Position numbers and translations under genes: made by a program. A stretch of DNA of 64,000 bases from an uncultured virus (IMG/VR IMGVR_UViG_3300024270_000037) (Duplodnaviria > Heunggongvirae > Uroviricota > Caudoviricetes): the IMG/VR virus record IMGVR_UViG_3300024270_000037. One strand, written 5' to 3'. The stretch's first letter is position 1; each line of letters begins with the position of its first letter. Below the pieces are notes generated by a model. The model was not told the DNA's origin. It saw only the letters and a list, made by a program, of their open reading frames with translations, and searched no databases. Below, in pieces: positions 1 to 10,250 of this stretch.

Positions 1-1488
1 GACTCAGAAAGTTCATCACCTACAACATTAGTATTACCTACAGCTACTAAATCTGATGATGTAACATCAAATTATTCTATTATTACATATGATGGTAATG
101 GTGGTACTCCTAGTAGAGATTCTGATTCTGTGAATAAAACTATCAAATATAAATTCAAATCATGGAATTCTAATCCTAATGGAACAGGAATTGTATATAC
201 TGATAAAAGTACATTTAATGCTGGAAATAACACATTATATGCTATATATGATGTAGAATCAGAAATTATTTCTTCTGTCACATTACCTACATCAACTAGA
301 AATGGTTATATATTTAAAGGATGGTCAAAAGCACAATCTTCATCACAATTGGTATCAAATACATATACGCCATCTAGTTCATCACCCACAACATTATATT
401 CTCAGTGGACTCCTATTACATACACTATTAAATTTAATGGTAATAGTAGTGATTCTGGTTCAACAAGTGATATGTCTATGACATATGATGTATCTAAGAA
501 CTTAAATACTAATGGATATGAAAAAACTAATTATAATTTTATAGGCTGGAATACAAGACCTGATGGTAATGGTACATTATATATAGACGGTCAATCAGTA
601 TCTAATTTAACATATACTGATGGTGAAACAGTTACATTATATGCACAATGGGAACTTGCAACTGTAAAATATCAAGTAATATATCATACTAAAAAACTTG
701 ATGGTTTATCATATGATGTACACAGTACTGATACTGCATATGCTACACCAGATACCATAATAAATTTATCTAGCATAGCAAAACCAATAGATGGATTTAC
801 ATATGACCACGGTTCTGTTGATAATGAAACTGTAATATCAACTACAATATTATCTGATGGATCTAGAATAATAGATTTATGGTATAATAGAAATAGATAT
901 ATTGTAAATATTAATTTTGATAGTGGTGCTGTTTCAAGTGTGAGTGGTAGTGGTTCATATTATTATGAAGAATCTGTTACAGTTAGTGCAGAGATTAATA
1001 ATGGTTATACTTGGGATAAATGGACAGGGACTTATACAAGTATATATAATCCATATGTATTTAACATGGGTTCTGAAAATGTATCTCTTACAGTAAAATA
1101 TATACCAAATAACTATACTATTATTTTTGATGGTAATGGAAGTAAATCTGGTTATACCGAAAATATGTCTAGTTCGTATTCATCAGGTAAAGTTCTTAAT
1201 GCTAATGGATTTATATTAGATGGGTATGAATTTGTAGGCTGGAATACGAAACCTGATGGAACTGGTATACTTTATAAAAATGGTGAAGATATATGTAATA
1301 TTGTAACTCATAATAATATTGAAGTTACGTTATATGCAATATGGAAGCCTTTAAGTTTAGTATATATTTTCAATAAAGAAACTTCTGAATATGATGCATA
1401 TCAGATGTATATTTCTAATGGTGATAATACTTGGGATTTATATTCACCTTATATTAGTGACGGTAACAATACTTGGGATTTATATTAA
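1..1488 (+). CDS. 5'-truncated virion/surface protein with multiple Listeria-Bacteroides (InlB B-repeat / Flg_new) repeats
   Basis: Frame 1 is open from base 1. Repeated YTIxF(N/D)GN...GY.F.GWNT.PDG.G..Y....TLYA.W units; C-terminal 14-aa duplication YIS(N/D)G(D/N)NTWDLY. Confidence 0.8.
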   Translation, partial: DSESSSPTTLVLPTATKSDDVTSNYSIITYDGNGGTPSRDSDSVNKTIKYKFKSWNSNPNGTGIVYTDKSTFNAGNNTLYAIYDVESEIISSVTLPTSTRNGYIFKGWSKAQSSSQLVSNTYTPSSSSPTTLYSQWTPITYTIKFNGNSSDSGSTSDMSMTYDVSKNLNTNGYEKTNYNFIGWNTRPDGNGTLYIDGQSVSNLTYTDGETVTLYAQWELATVKYQVIYHTKKLDGLSYDVHSTDTAYATPDTIINLSSIAKPIDGFTYDHGSVDNETVISTTILSDGSRIIDLWYNRNRYIVNINFDSGAVSSVSGSGSYYYEESVTVSAEINNGYTWDKWTGTYTSIYNPYVFNMGSENVSLTVKYIPNNYTIIFDGNGSKSGYTENMSSSYSSGKVLNANGFILDGYEFVGWNTKPDGTGILYKNGEDICNIVTHNNIEVTLYAIWKPLSLVYIFNKETSEYDAYQMYISNGDNTWDLYSPYISDGNNTWDLY

Positions 1489-1500
1489 CATGAAATAGTT

Positions 1501-1540
1501 AATAATGGGTATATAGTTTTCTATATACCCATTATTTTTT
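1501..1540 (+). terminator. intrinsic terminator
   Basis: AATAATGGGTATATAG / CTATATACCCATTATT inverted repeat followed by a T-tract. Confidence 0.8.
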
Positions 1541-1546
1541 CATTTA

Positions 1547-1558
1547 AACATATTAATA
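1547..1558 (+). promoter_or_regulatory. putative late promoter AACA-N6-TA
   Basis: AACATATTAATA; same spacing at 14 intergenic sites; matches the AR9 late promoter consensus. Confidence 0.65.
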
Positions 1559-1577
1559 AATAGCTTACTTTAAAAAT

Positions 1578-2132
1578 ATGATTAATAATACAGAAAGGGG
1601 GTATTTATTAATTATGAGTCTTGAAGAAATATTTAAATATATATATGACTTAATTGGAACTAGGAATATTGTTATTAGTGGTGGTCTAATATTAATATAT
1701 TTTATTGAGATTACTCCGATCAAAATAAATCCTTGGACTTTTATCAAAAAAATTTTAACAAAAGGTTTAACGATAATTGGGGATATTATTAATCAAAACA
1801 TTAATACTAAAATTGATAAGATGAACAATGATTTTGACTATTTAAAAACTGAAATGAAAAAAATGAATGATAAAATAGAATTTGTTGAAAATAAAGATGA
1901 TGAAAGAGATGCTGTTAATACTAGAAATCGGATTCTTGCATTTGGTGATGATTTAATGCATGGTATTCTTCATAGTAAAGATAGTTATGACCAGGTTTTA
2001 TTTGATATTGTTCATTATAATAGTTACTGTGATGAACATCAAGATTTTAAAAATCATATTACTGAACATCATGCTAAATTAATTGAAGATAGATATATGG
2101 AGCATTTAGAAAATAATGACTTCTTACAATAA
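1578..2132 (+). CDS. membrane-anchored coiled-coil phage protein (possible holin/lysis-associated)
   Basis: One N-terminal hydrophobic helix, IEITPIKINPW motif, coiled coil; resembles proteins common in Firmicute phage lysis regions. Confidence 0.45.
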   Translation: MINNTERGYLLIMSLEEIFKYIYDLIGTRNIVISGGLILIYFIEITPIKINPWTFIKKILTKGLTIIGDIINQNINTKIDKMNNDFDYLKTEMKKMNDKIEFVENKDDERDAVNTRNRILAFGDDLMHGILHSKDSYDQVLFDIVHYNSYCDEHQDFKNHITEHHAKLIEDRYMEHLENNDFLQ

Positions 2133-2214
2133 TTTATAAATGGATTTAGACTAAGTTCTAAATCCATTTATTTTTTAACTCAAATCGCAGTTTTCTATAT
2201 CTTTTACGTTTTTT

Positions 2215-2226
2215 AACATTAATATA
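2215..2226 (+). promoter_or_regulatory. putative late promoter AACA-N6-TA
   Basis: AACATTAATATA upstream of the 2267 ORF. Confidence 0.65.
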
Positions 2227-2266
2227 AAAATAGATATTTAATATATACGTAAAGGAAGTGAAATAA

Positions 2267-4894
2267 ATGTCTGATAATAAGCACGTATATGAACTTATCG
2301 GTAAAGATCAATTCAATATTAAAATATTGAATGAGACTTTATGGGATATAAAAGAATCTATATTTAATAATTTATATGATGCACAAAAATCACTTTCAGG
2401 TATGATTAGATTTGATTTTGATATGGCTAATATGACAAAATTTACAGAAACAGAATGCTCATATAATTTAAATTTACAATTTATTACAAATAAAAATAGA
2501 ACTAAATTTAAGCAGTCAAAATTTTATAAAAAATTATTAACTCCAGATGAAATCAATTCTAATCCAAATATATTTAGTAATAATATATTTGTTTTTATAA
2601 ATGGTGAAATGTATACTAATTATCGTATTAACATGTTGGAAAATATTACTACTGTATCATTTAGAGTATTTGAACAATGTCCTGTTCATAAACCTGGTGA
2701 AAGATATATACATGATGGATTTACTAAATTAGAAATTAGGGATTTGATTGAATCTCATAGTAAAATGACAGTTTTAATTGTTAAAGCTCATAATATATCT
2801 ACACTTCATTCTAATCGAGGAACGATAAGAAACTATACAATAGTACCTAAGTATAATGGTATTCCTATTGTAAATTTTGAAAATTCTAATATGATATCTG
2901 AAACTAATAATTTTACTACATGGATAACATATGATGATACACAATTGTATAAATATAAATTTATTAAAGCTTTTAAAAATGAAGAAAATAAATTAAAACT
3001 TAATAGTGAGCAGGTATTAGCATTAACTAATATACATACAGATATTAGAAATATTTTTTTATTAAATCATTTCGATACTATAGATATTCCTGCAGGTACT
3101 AAGTATTTTGAATTACCTATAAAGGATATGCCTGTTCCTATTGAAAATATTATCATTTTTAGAAAATCCGGAATTGATGTATTCTTTGATCATACTACAA
3201 AGGTAATATTACATTATCCTAATATATATGAATTATATACTGGTCATGATGATGATATGATTATTTATATATATTATGCTGATGATACAAAATCTATAGG
3301 ATCTAAGTATGAAAATGAATTGTCATTATATTATAGATTTACTAAAAATGTATTAGAAAAATATGCTGATAATTCAATTCCTGATATTATTAAAAATTAT
3401 AAACCTATTTCAATGACATATGATCATGATGATTGGACTAATTCTAAATTAGATCATCTTAAATATAAGATGAATAAGTTGAATAATATGATATATAAAA
3501 ATGGTAATTATTATTCAATTTATTTACATAAATTAATTGGATATATTCCAACTTTTGATATTGATGTATCTGAAATAGATGATTTAACTGACAGATATAG
3601 GTCTAATAATTTTAAAGAAATTAAAGAAACTACTGAAAGAGTCACCTTTAATGAAACATGTTATTTATTTACTTTCAGATATAAAAAAGGTGATAAAATT
3701 AATATATTAATTGATTCTTATCAAACCAATGATTTATATACATTCCATGATAATCGTTATTACTATATATACATTCCTATTAGAATGATAAATTCTAATA
3801 GTCGTATTACTGTAGAAAAATTTGTAGATTATAGATATAAACAATCCATAGAAATAATTGATAATATATCTTATCATAAAGTTAATATACCTGAAGATCA
3901 ATATATTCAACCGTCTGATATTTATGTCACCACTAAATCTTTGGATGATCAGAATATCTATTTATCTAAAAATGATTATAGTTTATATGCATATCTTGAT
4001 GGTGGTTATTATCAAATAACATCTAATGATTTTTATAATTATAAAAAAATTTATATTAAATTTATTAATCCTTTAGATATTGGTAAAACTGTAGATATTA
4101 ATGTAAACAGGGTTAGTTTTAAACAAGTTGTAAAAGGTAGTAATGAAGTTATTATTGATAGAGAAATCAATAATGATAGAAAAAATATCTTATTATATCG
4201 TAATGGTAGATTAATTCCTCAGAAGTTGCGTAGATATTTATTCTCAGATAATGCATCAGGTCCTCATGCTATTAGAGGCATGATGAAACAGGATCCTAAT
4301 GATGAATATACACTTGTATATAATAGTAATAAATATTTTATGGTACATTATGAGAGAAGAATAAATAAAAAAGGTATTGTTAATTTAACTGGTAAAATTA
4401 ATAAACCGTTAGATTTTAAGTGGTATGATATATATTTAAATGGTTTACGACTCCATGAATCTAATATAGAAATTGTGGCACCTTATATATTTATACTTAA
4501 AGATGTACCTACCTTAACAAATCTTGAAATATATCAAAAGAATTTAGATTGTCTTGATTGGGGAGATGATTATCCTACTGATGACATCAGTTCTAAAATA
4601 TTTGATGAAATTATTGATGATATCGAGGACGGTTTACCTGATATTGAGGATACAATTCCAGATTTAATTGATGATATCATAGTAGAAATTGAAGAGTTTT
4701 TTAATGAATATCTCTGGAATTATATTAAATTAATTAATCCCGATACTTTACAGATTACACAATCTATGGTGGATAAATATCCAACATTATTTATTAATAC
4801 CGATAATGATCTATTTTTAAATCCTGATATATTACATATCACTGAAAATAATATTTTATTAAATCCTGATACGAACACCATACTTAAGACTTAA
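2267..4894 (+). CDS. large putative virion structural (baseplate/tail) protein
   Basis: 875 aa with good RBS, beta-rich with xFING/YRNG/YLNG repeats, late motif upstream, in the tail-gene cluster. Confidence 0.5.
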   Translation: MSDNKHVYELIGKDQFNIKILNETLWDIKESIFNNLYDAQKSLSGMIRFDFDMANMTKFTETECSYNLNLQFITNKNRTKFKQSKFYKKLLTPDEINSNPNIFSNNIFVFINGEMYTNYRINMLENITTVSFRVFEQCPVHKPGERYIHDGFTKLEIRDLIESHSKMTVLIVKAHNISTLHSNRGTIRNYTIVPKYNGIPIVNFENSNMISETNNFTTWITYDDTQLYKYKFIKAFKNEENKLKLNSEQVLALTNIHTDIRNIFLLNHFDTIDIPAGTKYFELPIKDMPVPIENIIIFRKSGIDVFFDHTTKVILHYPNIYELYTGHDDDMIIYIYYADDTKSIGSKYENELSLYYRFTKNVLEKYADNSIPDIIKNYKPISMTYDHDDWTNSKLDHLKYKMNKLNNMIYKNGNYYSIYLHKLIGYIPTFDIDVSEIDDLTDRYRSNNFKEIKETTERVTFNETCYLFTFRYKKGDKINILIDSYQTNDLYTFHDNRYYYIYIPIRMINSNSRITVEKFVDYRYKQSIEIIDNISYHKVNIPEDQYIQPSDIYVTTKSLDDQNIYLSKNDYSLYAYLDGGYYQITSNDFYNYKKIYIKFINPLDIGKTVDINVNRVSFKQVVKGSNEVIIDREINNDRKNILLYRNGRLIPQKLRRYLFSDNASGPHAIRGMMKQDPNDEYTLVYNSNKYFMVHYERRINKKGIVNLTGKINKPLDFKWYDIYLNGLRLHESNIEIVAPYIFILKDVPTLTNLEIYQKNLDCLDWGDDYPTDDISSKIFDEIIDDIEDGLPDIEDTIPDLIDDIIVEIEEFFNEYLWNYIKLINPDTLQITQSMVDKYPTLFINTDNDLFLNPDILHITENNILLNPDTNTILKT

Positions 4895-4895
4895 A

Positions 4896-4907
4896 AACAT
4901 TATATTA
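4896..4907 (+). promoter_or_regulatory. putative late promoter AACA-N6-TA
   Basis: AACATTATATTA upstream of the 4937 operon. Confidence 0.65.
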
Positions 4908-4936
4908 ATAAAAAAAGAAAGGCGGTGTAAACATAC

Positions 4937-5599
4937 ATGCCGGAATATAGATTTGGTGTTTCGCTATTATCTAAAGATAGATTTGATGATGCGTATAATG
5001 AAGAAGTAATGATTGATAAGTTTACTGGTGAAGTTCTTGTTAAAACTCAAACCGGTGATACTATATCATATAATTATAATTCACGACTTAAGTCACACAT
5101 CATAGAAACTAAATCAATTGCTAATAATATGTCTATTTATGGAGATATTATAAATGTTGAAATGGATAATGATGTATATGCACCTTTTATAATGGAATTT
5201 GATAAAAATTATATTACAAATACAATAACTATACCCTATTATAATTGTAAAAAGATATTATTTAATGTAGATATCGATGCAATTACTGTTAATAAATCAG
5301 GAATATCTAGTGAAAGAAATAATTTGTTACTAGATATGGAGTTATTAATATATTATAATGATGATACAACGTCTGATCCTATTGTTATTTCAGAATCAAT
5401 AGATCAGATTAATCATAAGGTATTTAATTTAACAGATGATGATTTTATTAAAGTTCCTAAAGGTAAGGTAATTGCAGGATTTGTATTGACATCTTTTAAA
5501 GTTAAAAATTATTTAGTTAGTTATTCAGGCGAAATTACTGAAAATACTAAAAATATAAGACCTATATTTAATAGTTTATTTGCAGTAGTTCAAGTATAA
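4937..5599 (+). CDS. hypothetical protein, probably structural
   Basis: 220-aa ORF with RBS, in operon with tail-fibre genes. Confidence 0.6.
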   Translation: MPEYRFGVSLLSKDRFDDAYNEEVMIDKFTGEVLVKTQTGDTISYNYNSRLKSHIIETKSIANNMSIYGDIINVEMDNDVYAPFIMEFDKNYITNTITIPYYNCKKILFNVDIDAITVNKSGISSERNNLLLDMELLIYYNDDTTSDPIVISESIDQINHKVFNLTDDDFIKVPKGKVIAGFVLTSFKVKNYLVSYSGEITENTKNIRPIFNSLFAVVQV

Positions 5600-5615
5600 A
5601 AGGAGGTGATATACA

Positions 5616-6317
5616 ATGGGTAGATTTTCTGTAATTGATAATAATATTCTAGATAGACAAGGTATATTAAATTTATTAAAGAATTTTATTTTTGGTAGTG
5701 GAGATATTTCGATCTACGATCAAAATAAAATATATAATACTGGTGATAAATCATTTATCATTGATACTGATAATAATGAAATCCGAGTTGTTACTGCTAC
5801 TGATGATTATGTAACAGGTCCATATGATGAATCTAAATGGAATAAAACTACGTTATCAGATACTGTTGGTGCTGGTGCTGATAAAGTTGTTGTTATTTCA
5901 GAATATAGACCTAGAGAACCTATTACTAAACTTTGGTTAACACCTGACGAGTTTTCATCCCATTATATCACAATTCCTGGATATAAACCTGGAACAGAAC
6001 CTGATATTCCCCCTGTTGATCCTGATGATCCTATCAATCCTGATACTACTACAGGTATTATACTGTTATTTGATCAATCCGAAATTCCTATTGTTGAAGA
6101 TACAGGTAGTGCTGATTTGTCAAACCTGGTAATGGGTGGACTTGTATTTGATATTGAAGATGAAGGAATTATGTCTATTGAAGGTCTTACTTCAATTGAT
6201 GGTGGTGAACAGATTGTTATCGATGAACAGAAAGATGTTTCTGTTAATAAATCTAATCCTACCAGCAATGAAGTTATTCTATGGATTGACACTGATCTGT
6301 CTGATGATATATGGTAA
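5616..6317 (+). CDS. hypothetical acidic virion/tail-associated protein
   Basis: AGGAGG RBS, Pro/Asp linker, 'P....LWID' motif typical of tail-fibre-associated proteins. Confidence 0.55.
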   Translation: MGRFSVIDNNILDRQGILNLLKNFIFGSGDISIYDQNKIYNTGDKSFIIDTDNNEIRVVTATDDYVTGPYDESKWNKTTLSDTVGAGADKVVVISEYRPREPITKLWLTPDEFSSHYITIPGYKPGTEPDIPPVDPDDPINPDTTTGIILLFDQSEIPIVEDTGSADLSNLVMGGLVFDIEDEGIMSIEGLTSIDGGEQIVIDEQKDVSVNKSNPTSNEVILWIDTDLSDDIW

Positions 6318-6380
6318 AAATAATATATTAACGGTATTTACATATTGATAAAATTATAGTAAAGGAGTGAAAATATAATT

Positions 6381-7298
6381 ATGTCTGAAGTTATTGATTT
6401 TTTAATGAAAACTAAAAAATCTGATGGTTCATTTACTGTTTTACATCCAATTACTAAAACGGCTAACGTTAAAACAGCTGAAGAAATTCCTGTTATGTTA
6501 GATACAGATGGTATTGGCTCCTTTGTTAACGGTGATACTATTGCAGCTGGAACATCTATTGATTCTATCGTTCGTAAATTGGTACAGGTACGTGTTCCTC
6601 CTAAATATACCGCTCCTTCTGTTTCTATTTCTGTATCAAGTGGTACAGTTGGTGGATATTATGAAGAAGGTACTAATGCAGCCATTATGATTAGTGGTGA
6701 GTTTATCAAAAACGATGCAGGTTCTTTAAATAATATTGTTATTAAGAAAAATAATGTACAAGTTGAAATGTCAACCGTATCTCCTATTTCTTATGTTGAA
6801 AATTTAACTATTACTGGAGTTACAAATTATACTGCAACTGCAACTTATGCTGCAGGTTTAATAAAAAAAGATAATTTTGGTGAAAATTATCCTACTGGTA
6901 GTATTCCTTCCGGTAGTAAAACTTCCACCCCTATAACTTATACTAGTTTCCGTAAATATTTCTGGGGTACTGATACTGTCACTACTCCTGCAAATTCATC
7001 TAATACAGTTCGTACTTTAACCAACTCTAGTAACCATGGTGCTACTGAAGGTACTACATTTACTATTAATATTCTTAAAGGTCAGACTCGTGCAACTTTT
7101 GCATATCCTGCAAACCTTAGAGATGTTACTAGTGTCGAATATATTGAGATGGGTAATGATGAGTCTAAAGCAGTATTTACTAAATCTATAGTTCCTGTTG
7201 AAGGTGCTAATAATTTTACTGCCATTGATTATAAGGTATACAGTTTTATTCCTGAACAGCCTTTCCCGTCTGATATGACATTTAAAGTTACAATTTAA
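6381..7298 (+). CDS. putative tail-fibre-associated protein with Ig-like beta domain
   Basis: N-terminal LHPITKTANV motif, Thr/Ser-rich beta content, strong RBS. Confidence 0.55.
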   Translation: MSEVIDFLMKTKKSDGSFTVLHPITKTANVKTAEEIPVMLDTDGIGSFVNGDTIAAGTSIDSIVRKLVQVRVPPKYTAPSVSISVSSGTVGGYYEEGTNAAIMISGEFIKNDAGSLNNIVIKKNNVQVEMSTVSPISYVENLTITGVTNYTATATYAAGLIKKDNFGENYPTGSIPSGSKTSTPITYTSFRKYFWGTDTVTTPANSSNTVRTLTNSSNHGATEGTTFTINILKGQTRATFAYPANLRDVTSVEYIEMGNDESKAVFTKSIVPVEGANNFTAIDYKVYSFIPEQPFPSDMTFKVTI

Positions 7299-7316
7299 AG
7301 AAAGGAGGAAGTAATT

Positions 7317-10193
7317 ATGGCTAATTTTCCTTATATAAATGAAAATGAAAATCTCGTTTTAGGATTATTGAAAATGTATTCTAGAATGGGTGCATTTCCT
7401 ATTGATCCTACGAGTGTTTTTAATAATAAAGATGAAGTATTAGCATATATTAATGAACCTGGTTCTTATGCATATCCTGGTCAGATTATTGCTGTTGCAA
7501 ATGGTGACATTTCTAATAATATTCAAGATACTGATTATAGTTTATGTATAATCAAATCGGATAAGTCTATTCAAGAAATTGGTAAAAATTTAACTTTCTC
7601 CTCTATTGAAGAAGCTACTAGATTCGTAAACAGTAATAAGTCTAGTGTTCATCCTGGTGAATTAATCACCGTTGGTAATAAGGATACTGGTTATACTTTA
7701 AATATAGTCCAGGGTGATTATACTTTACGTACTGTTGAACTCGAATCTGAAGAAATTCCTGAGATTTCTTGGGAAAATTTACAAAATAAACCCACTTCAT
7801 CAGTTCAAGATATTGATAATGCAGTTTCTGTTAAACATAATCATTTAAATAAAGAAGTTATCGATAAATTTGATACTGCTGATAATAGGGTTCGCTATGA
7901 GTCTAATCCTATCGCATATATGTCTGATATTAGTTGGGAAAATCTTCCCGACAAACCTACAGACCTTGGAAGTTTAGGTATTGAAGACGTATATACTAGC
8001 ACTCAGGTTGATAATTTATTTGTTAAAAATGATGATATTGTTTCAGTACCTGAAGCTGGTAAAATTTTAAAATTAGATGATAATGCTCAGATTCCTGCAT
8101 CTATTTTATCTGGTACAATTCCTCTTGCAAGTTTACCTCATGGTGCTTTAGAACGTTGTGTTGTTGTTACTGATGACACTGCAAGATATGAATTAACACC
8201 TGAAGATGTACAACTTGGTGATACTGTTAAAGTTAATGATACTGGAATGATGTATTTTGTAGTCGACGTTTCAAAATTACATGAAGATGGCGGCTATGAA
8301 GTATATTCTGCAGGCACAGCATCTAATGTTGCTTGGTCTGGTATTACAAATAAACCTACAACTATAGCAGGTTATGGTATCACTGATGCAGTTAACACTA
8401 ATATTATCACTGATTATGCTGAAGCTGGTAAACTTCTTAAGTTAGATGAACAAGGTAAATTACCTACTGATATTACTGGTGATGCAAAAACTCTTGATGG
8501 TAAACGTGCTACTGATTTCGTATCTACTGACAATGTATCTGATACTCCTGAAGCAGGTAAATTGTTAAAATTAAATGAAGAAGGTAAACTTCCTACAGAT
8601 ATTACTGGTGATGCAAAAACTCTTGATGGTAAACGTGCTACTGATTTCGTATCTACTGACAATGTATCTGATACTCCTGAAGCAGGTAAACTGCTTAAGT
8701 TAAACGGTGAAGGTAAATTGCCTGCTGATATTACTGGTAGTGCAGCTAATGTTGAATGGTCTGGCGTTCAGAACACTCCTAACACATTAAGTGGTTATGG
8801 TATTACTGATGCAATTTCTAATGTAGATATAGTAAGTGTACCTACACCGAATAAAGTATTAAAATTAAATGAAAATGGTGAACTTCCTGCAAATATTACT
8901 GGTAATGCTGCAACTGCTACTAATGTTGAATGGTCTGGCGTTCAGAGCAAACCTAATACATTAGAAGGTTATGGTATTACTGATGCTTATACCAGTGAGC
9001 ATATTGATAATACATTCATTAATAAATCTGAAGTTGTTTCTGCTCCTGAAGCTGGTAAATTATTAAAATTAAATGAAGAAGCTAAGTTACCTGCTGATAT
9101 CACTGGTAATGCTGCAACTGCTACTAATGTTGAATGGTCTGGCGTTCAGAACACTCCTAACACATTAAGTGGTTATGGTATTACTGATGCTTATAATAAA
9201 ACTGAATCTGATGAAAAATATATTCATGTAACAGATGTTGTTGATAGTGCAGAACCTAGTAAAATTCTTAAATTAGATACTGAGGGTAAATTACCTGCAA
9301 GTATTTTAAATGGTATTATCCCATTAGCAAATTTACCTCATGGTGCTTTAGAACGTTGTATTGTTGTAGCTTCTGATACTGCTCGTTTCTCTTTAACAAA
9401 TTTAAATGTACAAAATGGTGATACTGTTAAAGTTGAAAATACGGGTAAAATGTATTTTGTTGTAGATGAATCTAAGTTAGGTTCTGAAGCTGGTTATGAA
9501 GTATATACTGCTGCAGCTGCAACTGCAGTTCCGTGGTCTGGTGTTCAGAATACTCCTACTACATTAAGTGGTTATGGTATTACTGATGCTTATACCAGTG
9601 AGCATATTGATAATACATTTGTAAATGTTGAAGACGTTTCTTCTAATCCTGAAGCTGGTAAACTTCTTAAGTTAGATGAAGAAGGTAAATTACCTGCTGA
9701 TATTACTGGTAATGCTGCAACTGCTACTAATGTTGAATGGTCTGGCGTTCAGAGCAAACCTAATACATTAGAAGGTTATGGTATTACTGATGCAATTTCT
9801 GTAAATGATGCAAATAATAATTTTGTTTCTATTAATGAAGTTGTAAATAATGCAGTTCCTAATAAAATTTTAAAATTAAATGCAGATGGTAAACTGCCTG
9901 CTGATATTACTGGTAGTGCAGGATCAGTTGCATGGAGTAGTATCATTGGTGGCCCTACATCTGAAACTAGTGAAATTGATGATGCTGTTACCTTACGTCA
10001 CAATCATTTAAATAAAGATACTATTGATAAATTAGGTATTAATGAGTCTGGTAAACTTACATTTAATGAAATAAATACTTTAGCATATATGTCTGATGTT
10101 AGTTCTATTATATCAGTTGGTGCAGTTGAACCTGATAGCAGTATGCCTGTTGGTGGAATGTGGTTAGATACTAATATTGACGAAATTATGTAA
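7317..10193 (+). CDS. repeat-rich tail fibre protein
   Basis: 958 aa; many P(E)AGKLLKL(N/D)xxGKLPxDITG and WSGVQxxPxTLxGYGITDA repeats typical of phage tail fibres. Confidence 0.75.
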   Translation: MANFPYINENENLVLGLLKMYSRMGAFPIDPTSVFNNKDEVLAYINEPGSYAYPGQIIAVANGDISNNIQDTDYSLCIIKSDKSIQEIGKNLTFSSIEEATRFVNSNKSSVHPGELITVGNKDTGYTLNIVQGDYTLRTVELESEEIPEISWENLQNKPTSSVQDIDNAVSVKHNHLNKEVIDKFDTADNRVRYESNPIAYMSDISWENLPDKPTDLGSLGIEDVYTSTQVDNLFVKNDDIVSVPEAGKILKLDDNAQIPASILSGTIPLASLPHGALERCVVVTDDTARYELTPEDVQLGDTVKVNDTGMMYFVVDVSKLHEDGGYEVYSAGTASNVAWSGITNKPTTIAGYGITDAVNTNIITDYAEAGKLLKLDEQGKLPTDITGDAKTLDGKRATDFVSTDNVSDTPEAGKLLKLNEEGKLPTDITGDAKTLDGKRATDFVSTDNVSDTPEAGKLLKLNGEGKLPADITGSAANVEWSGVQNTPNTLSGYGITDAISNVDIVSVPTPNKVLKLNENGELPANITGNAATATNVEWSGVQSKPNTLEGYGITDAYTSEHIDNTFINKSEVVSAPEAGKLLKLNEEAKLPADITGNAATATNVEWSGVQNTPNTLSGYGITDAYNKTESDEKYIHVTDVVDSAEPSKILKLDTEGKLPASILNGIIPLANLPHGALERCIVVASDTARFSLTNLNVQNGDTVKVENTGKMYFVVDESKLGSEAGYEVYTAAAATAVPWSGVQNTPTTLSGYGITDAYTSEHIDNTFVNVEDVSSNPEAGKLLKLDEEGKLPADITGNAATATNVEWSGVQSKPNTLEGYGITDAISVNDANNNFVSINEVVNNAVPNKILKLNADGKLPADITGSAGSVAWSSIIGGPTSETSEIDDAVTLRHNHLNKDTIDKLGINESGKLTFNEINTLAYMSDVSSIISVGAVEPDSSMPVGGMWLDTNIDEIM
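8469..8690 (+). repeat. intragenic tandem duplication (93 bp identical, 129-bp period)
   Basis: 8469-8561 is identical to 8598-8690. Confidence 0.9.
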
Positions 10194-10215
10194 AAAGAAT
10201 AAAAAAATAATATAA

Positions 10216-10247
10216 TAGGGAATCCTGGTTAATTCCAGGATTCCCTA
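10216..10247. terminator. bidirectional terminator between convergent genes
   Basis: TAGGGAATCCTGG / CCAGGATTCCCTA inverted repeat. Confidence 0.8.
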
Positions 10248-10250
10248 ATT

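Noticed and set aside
1400..1488. Diversity-generating retroelement variable repeat
   Set aside because: Only a short in-frame 14-aa duplication; no template repeat or reverse transcriptase in the window.
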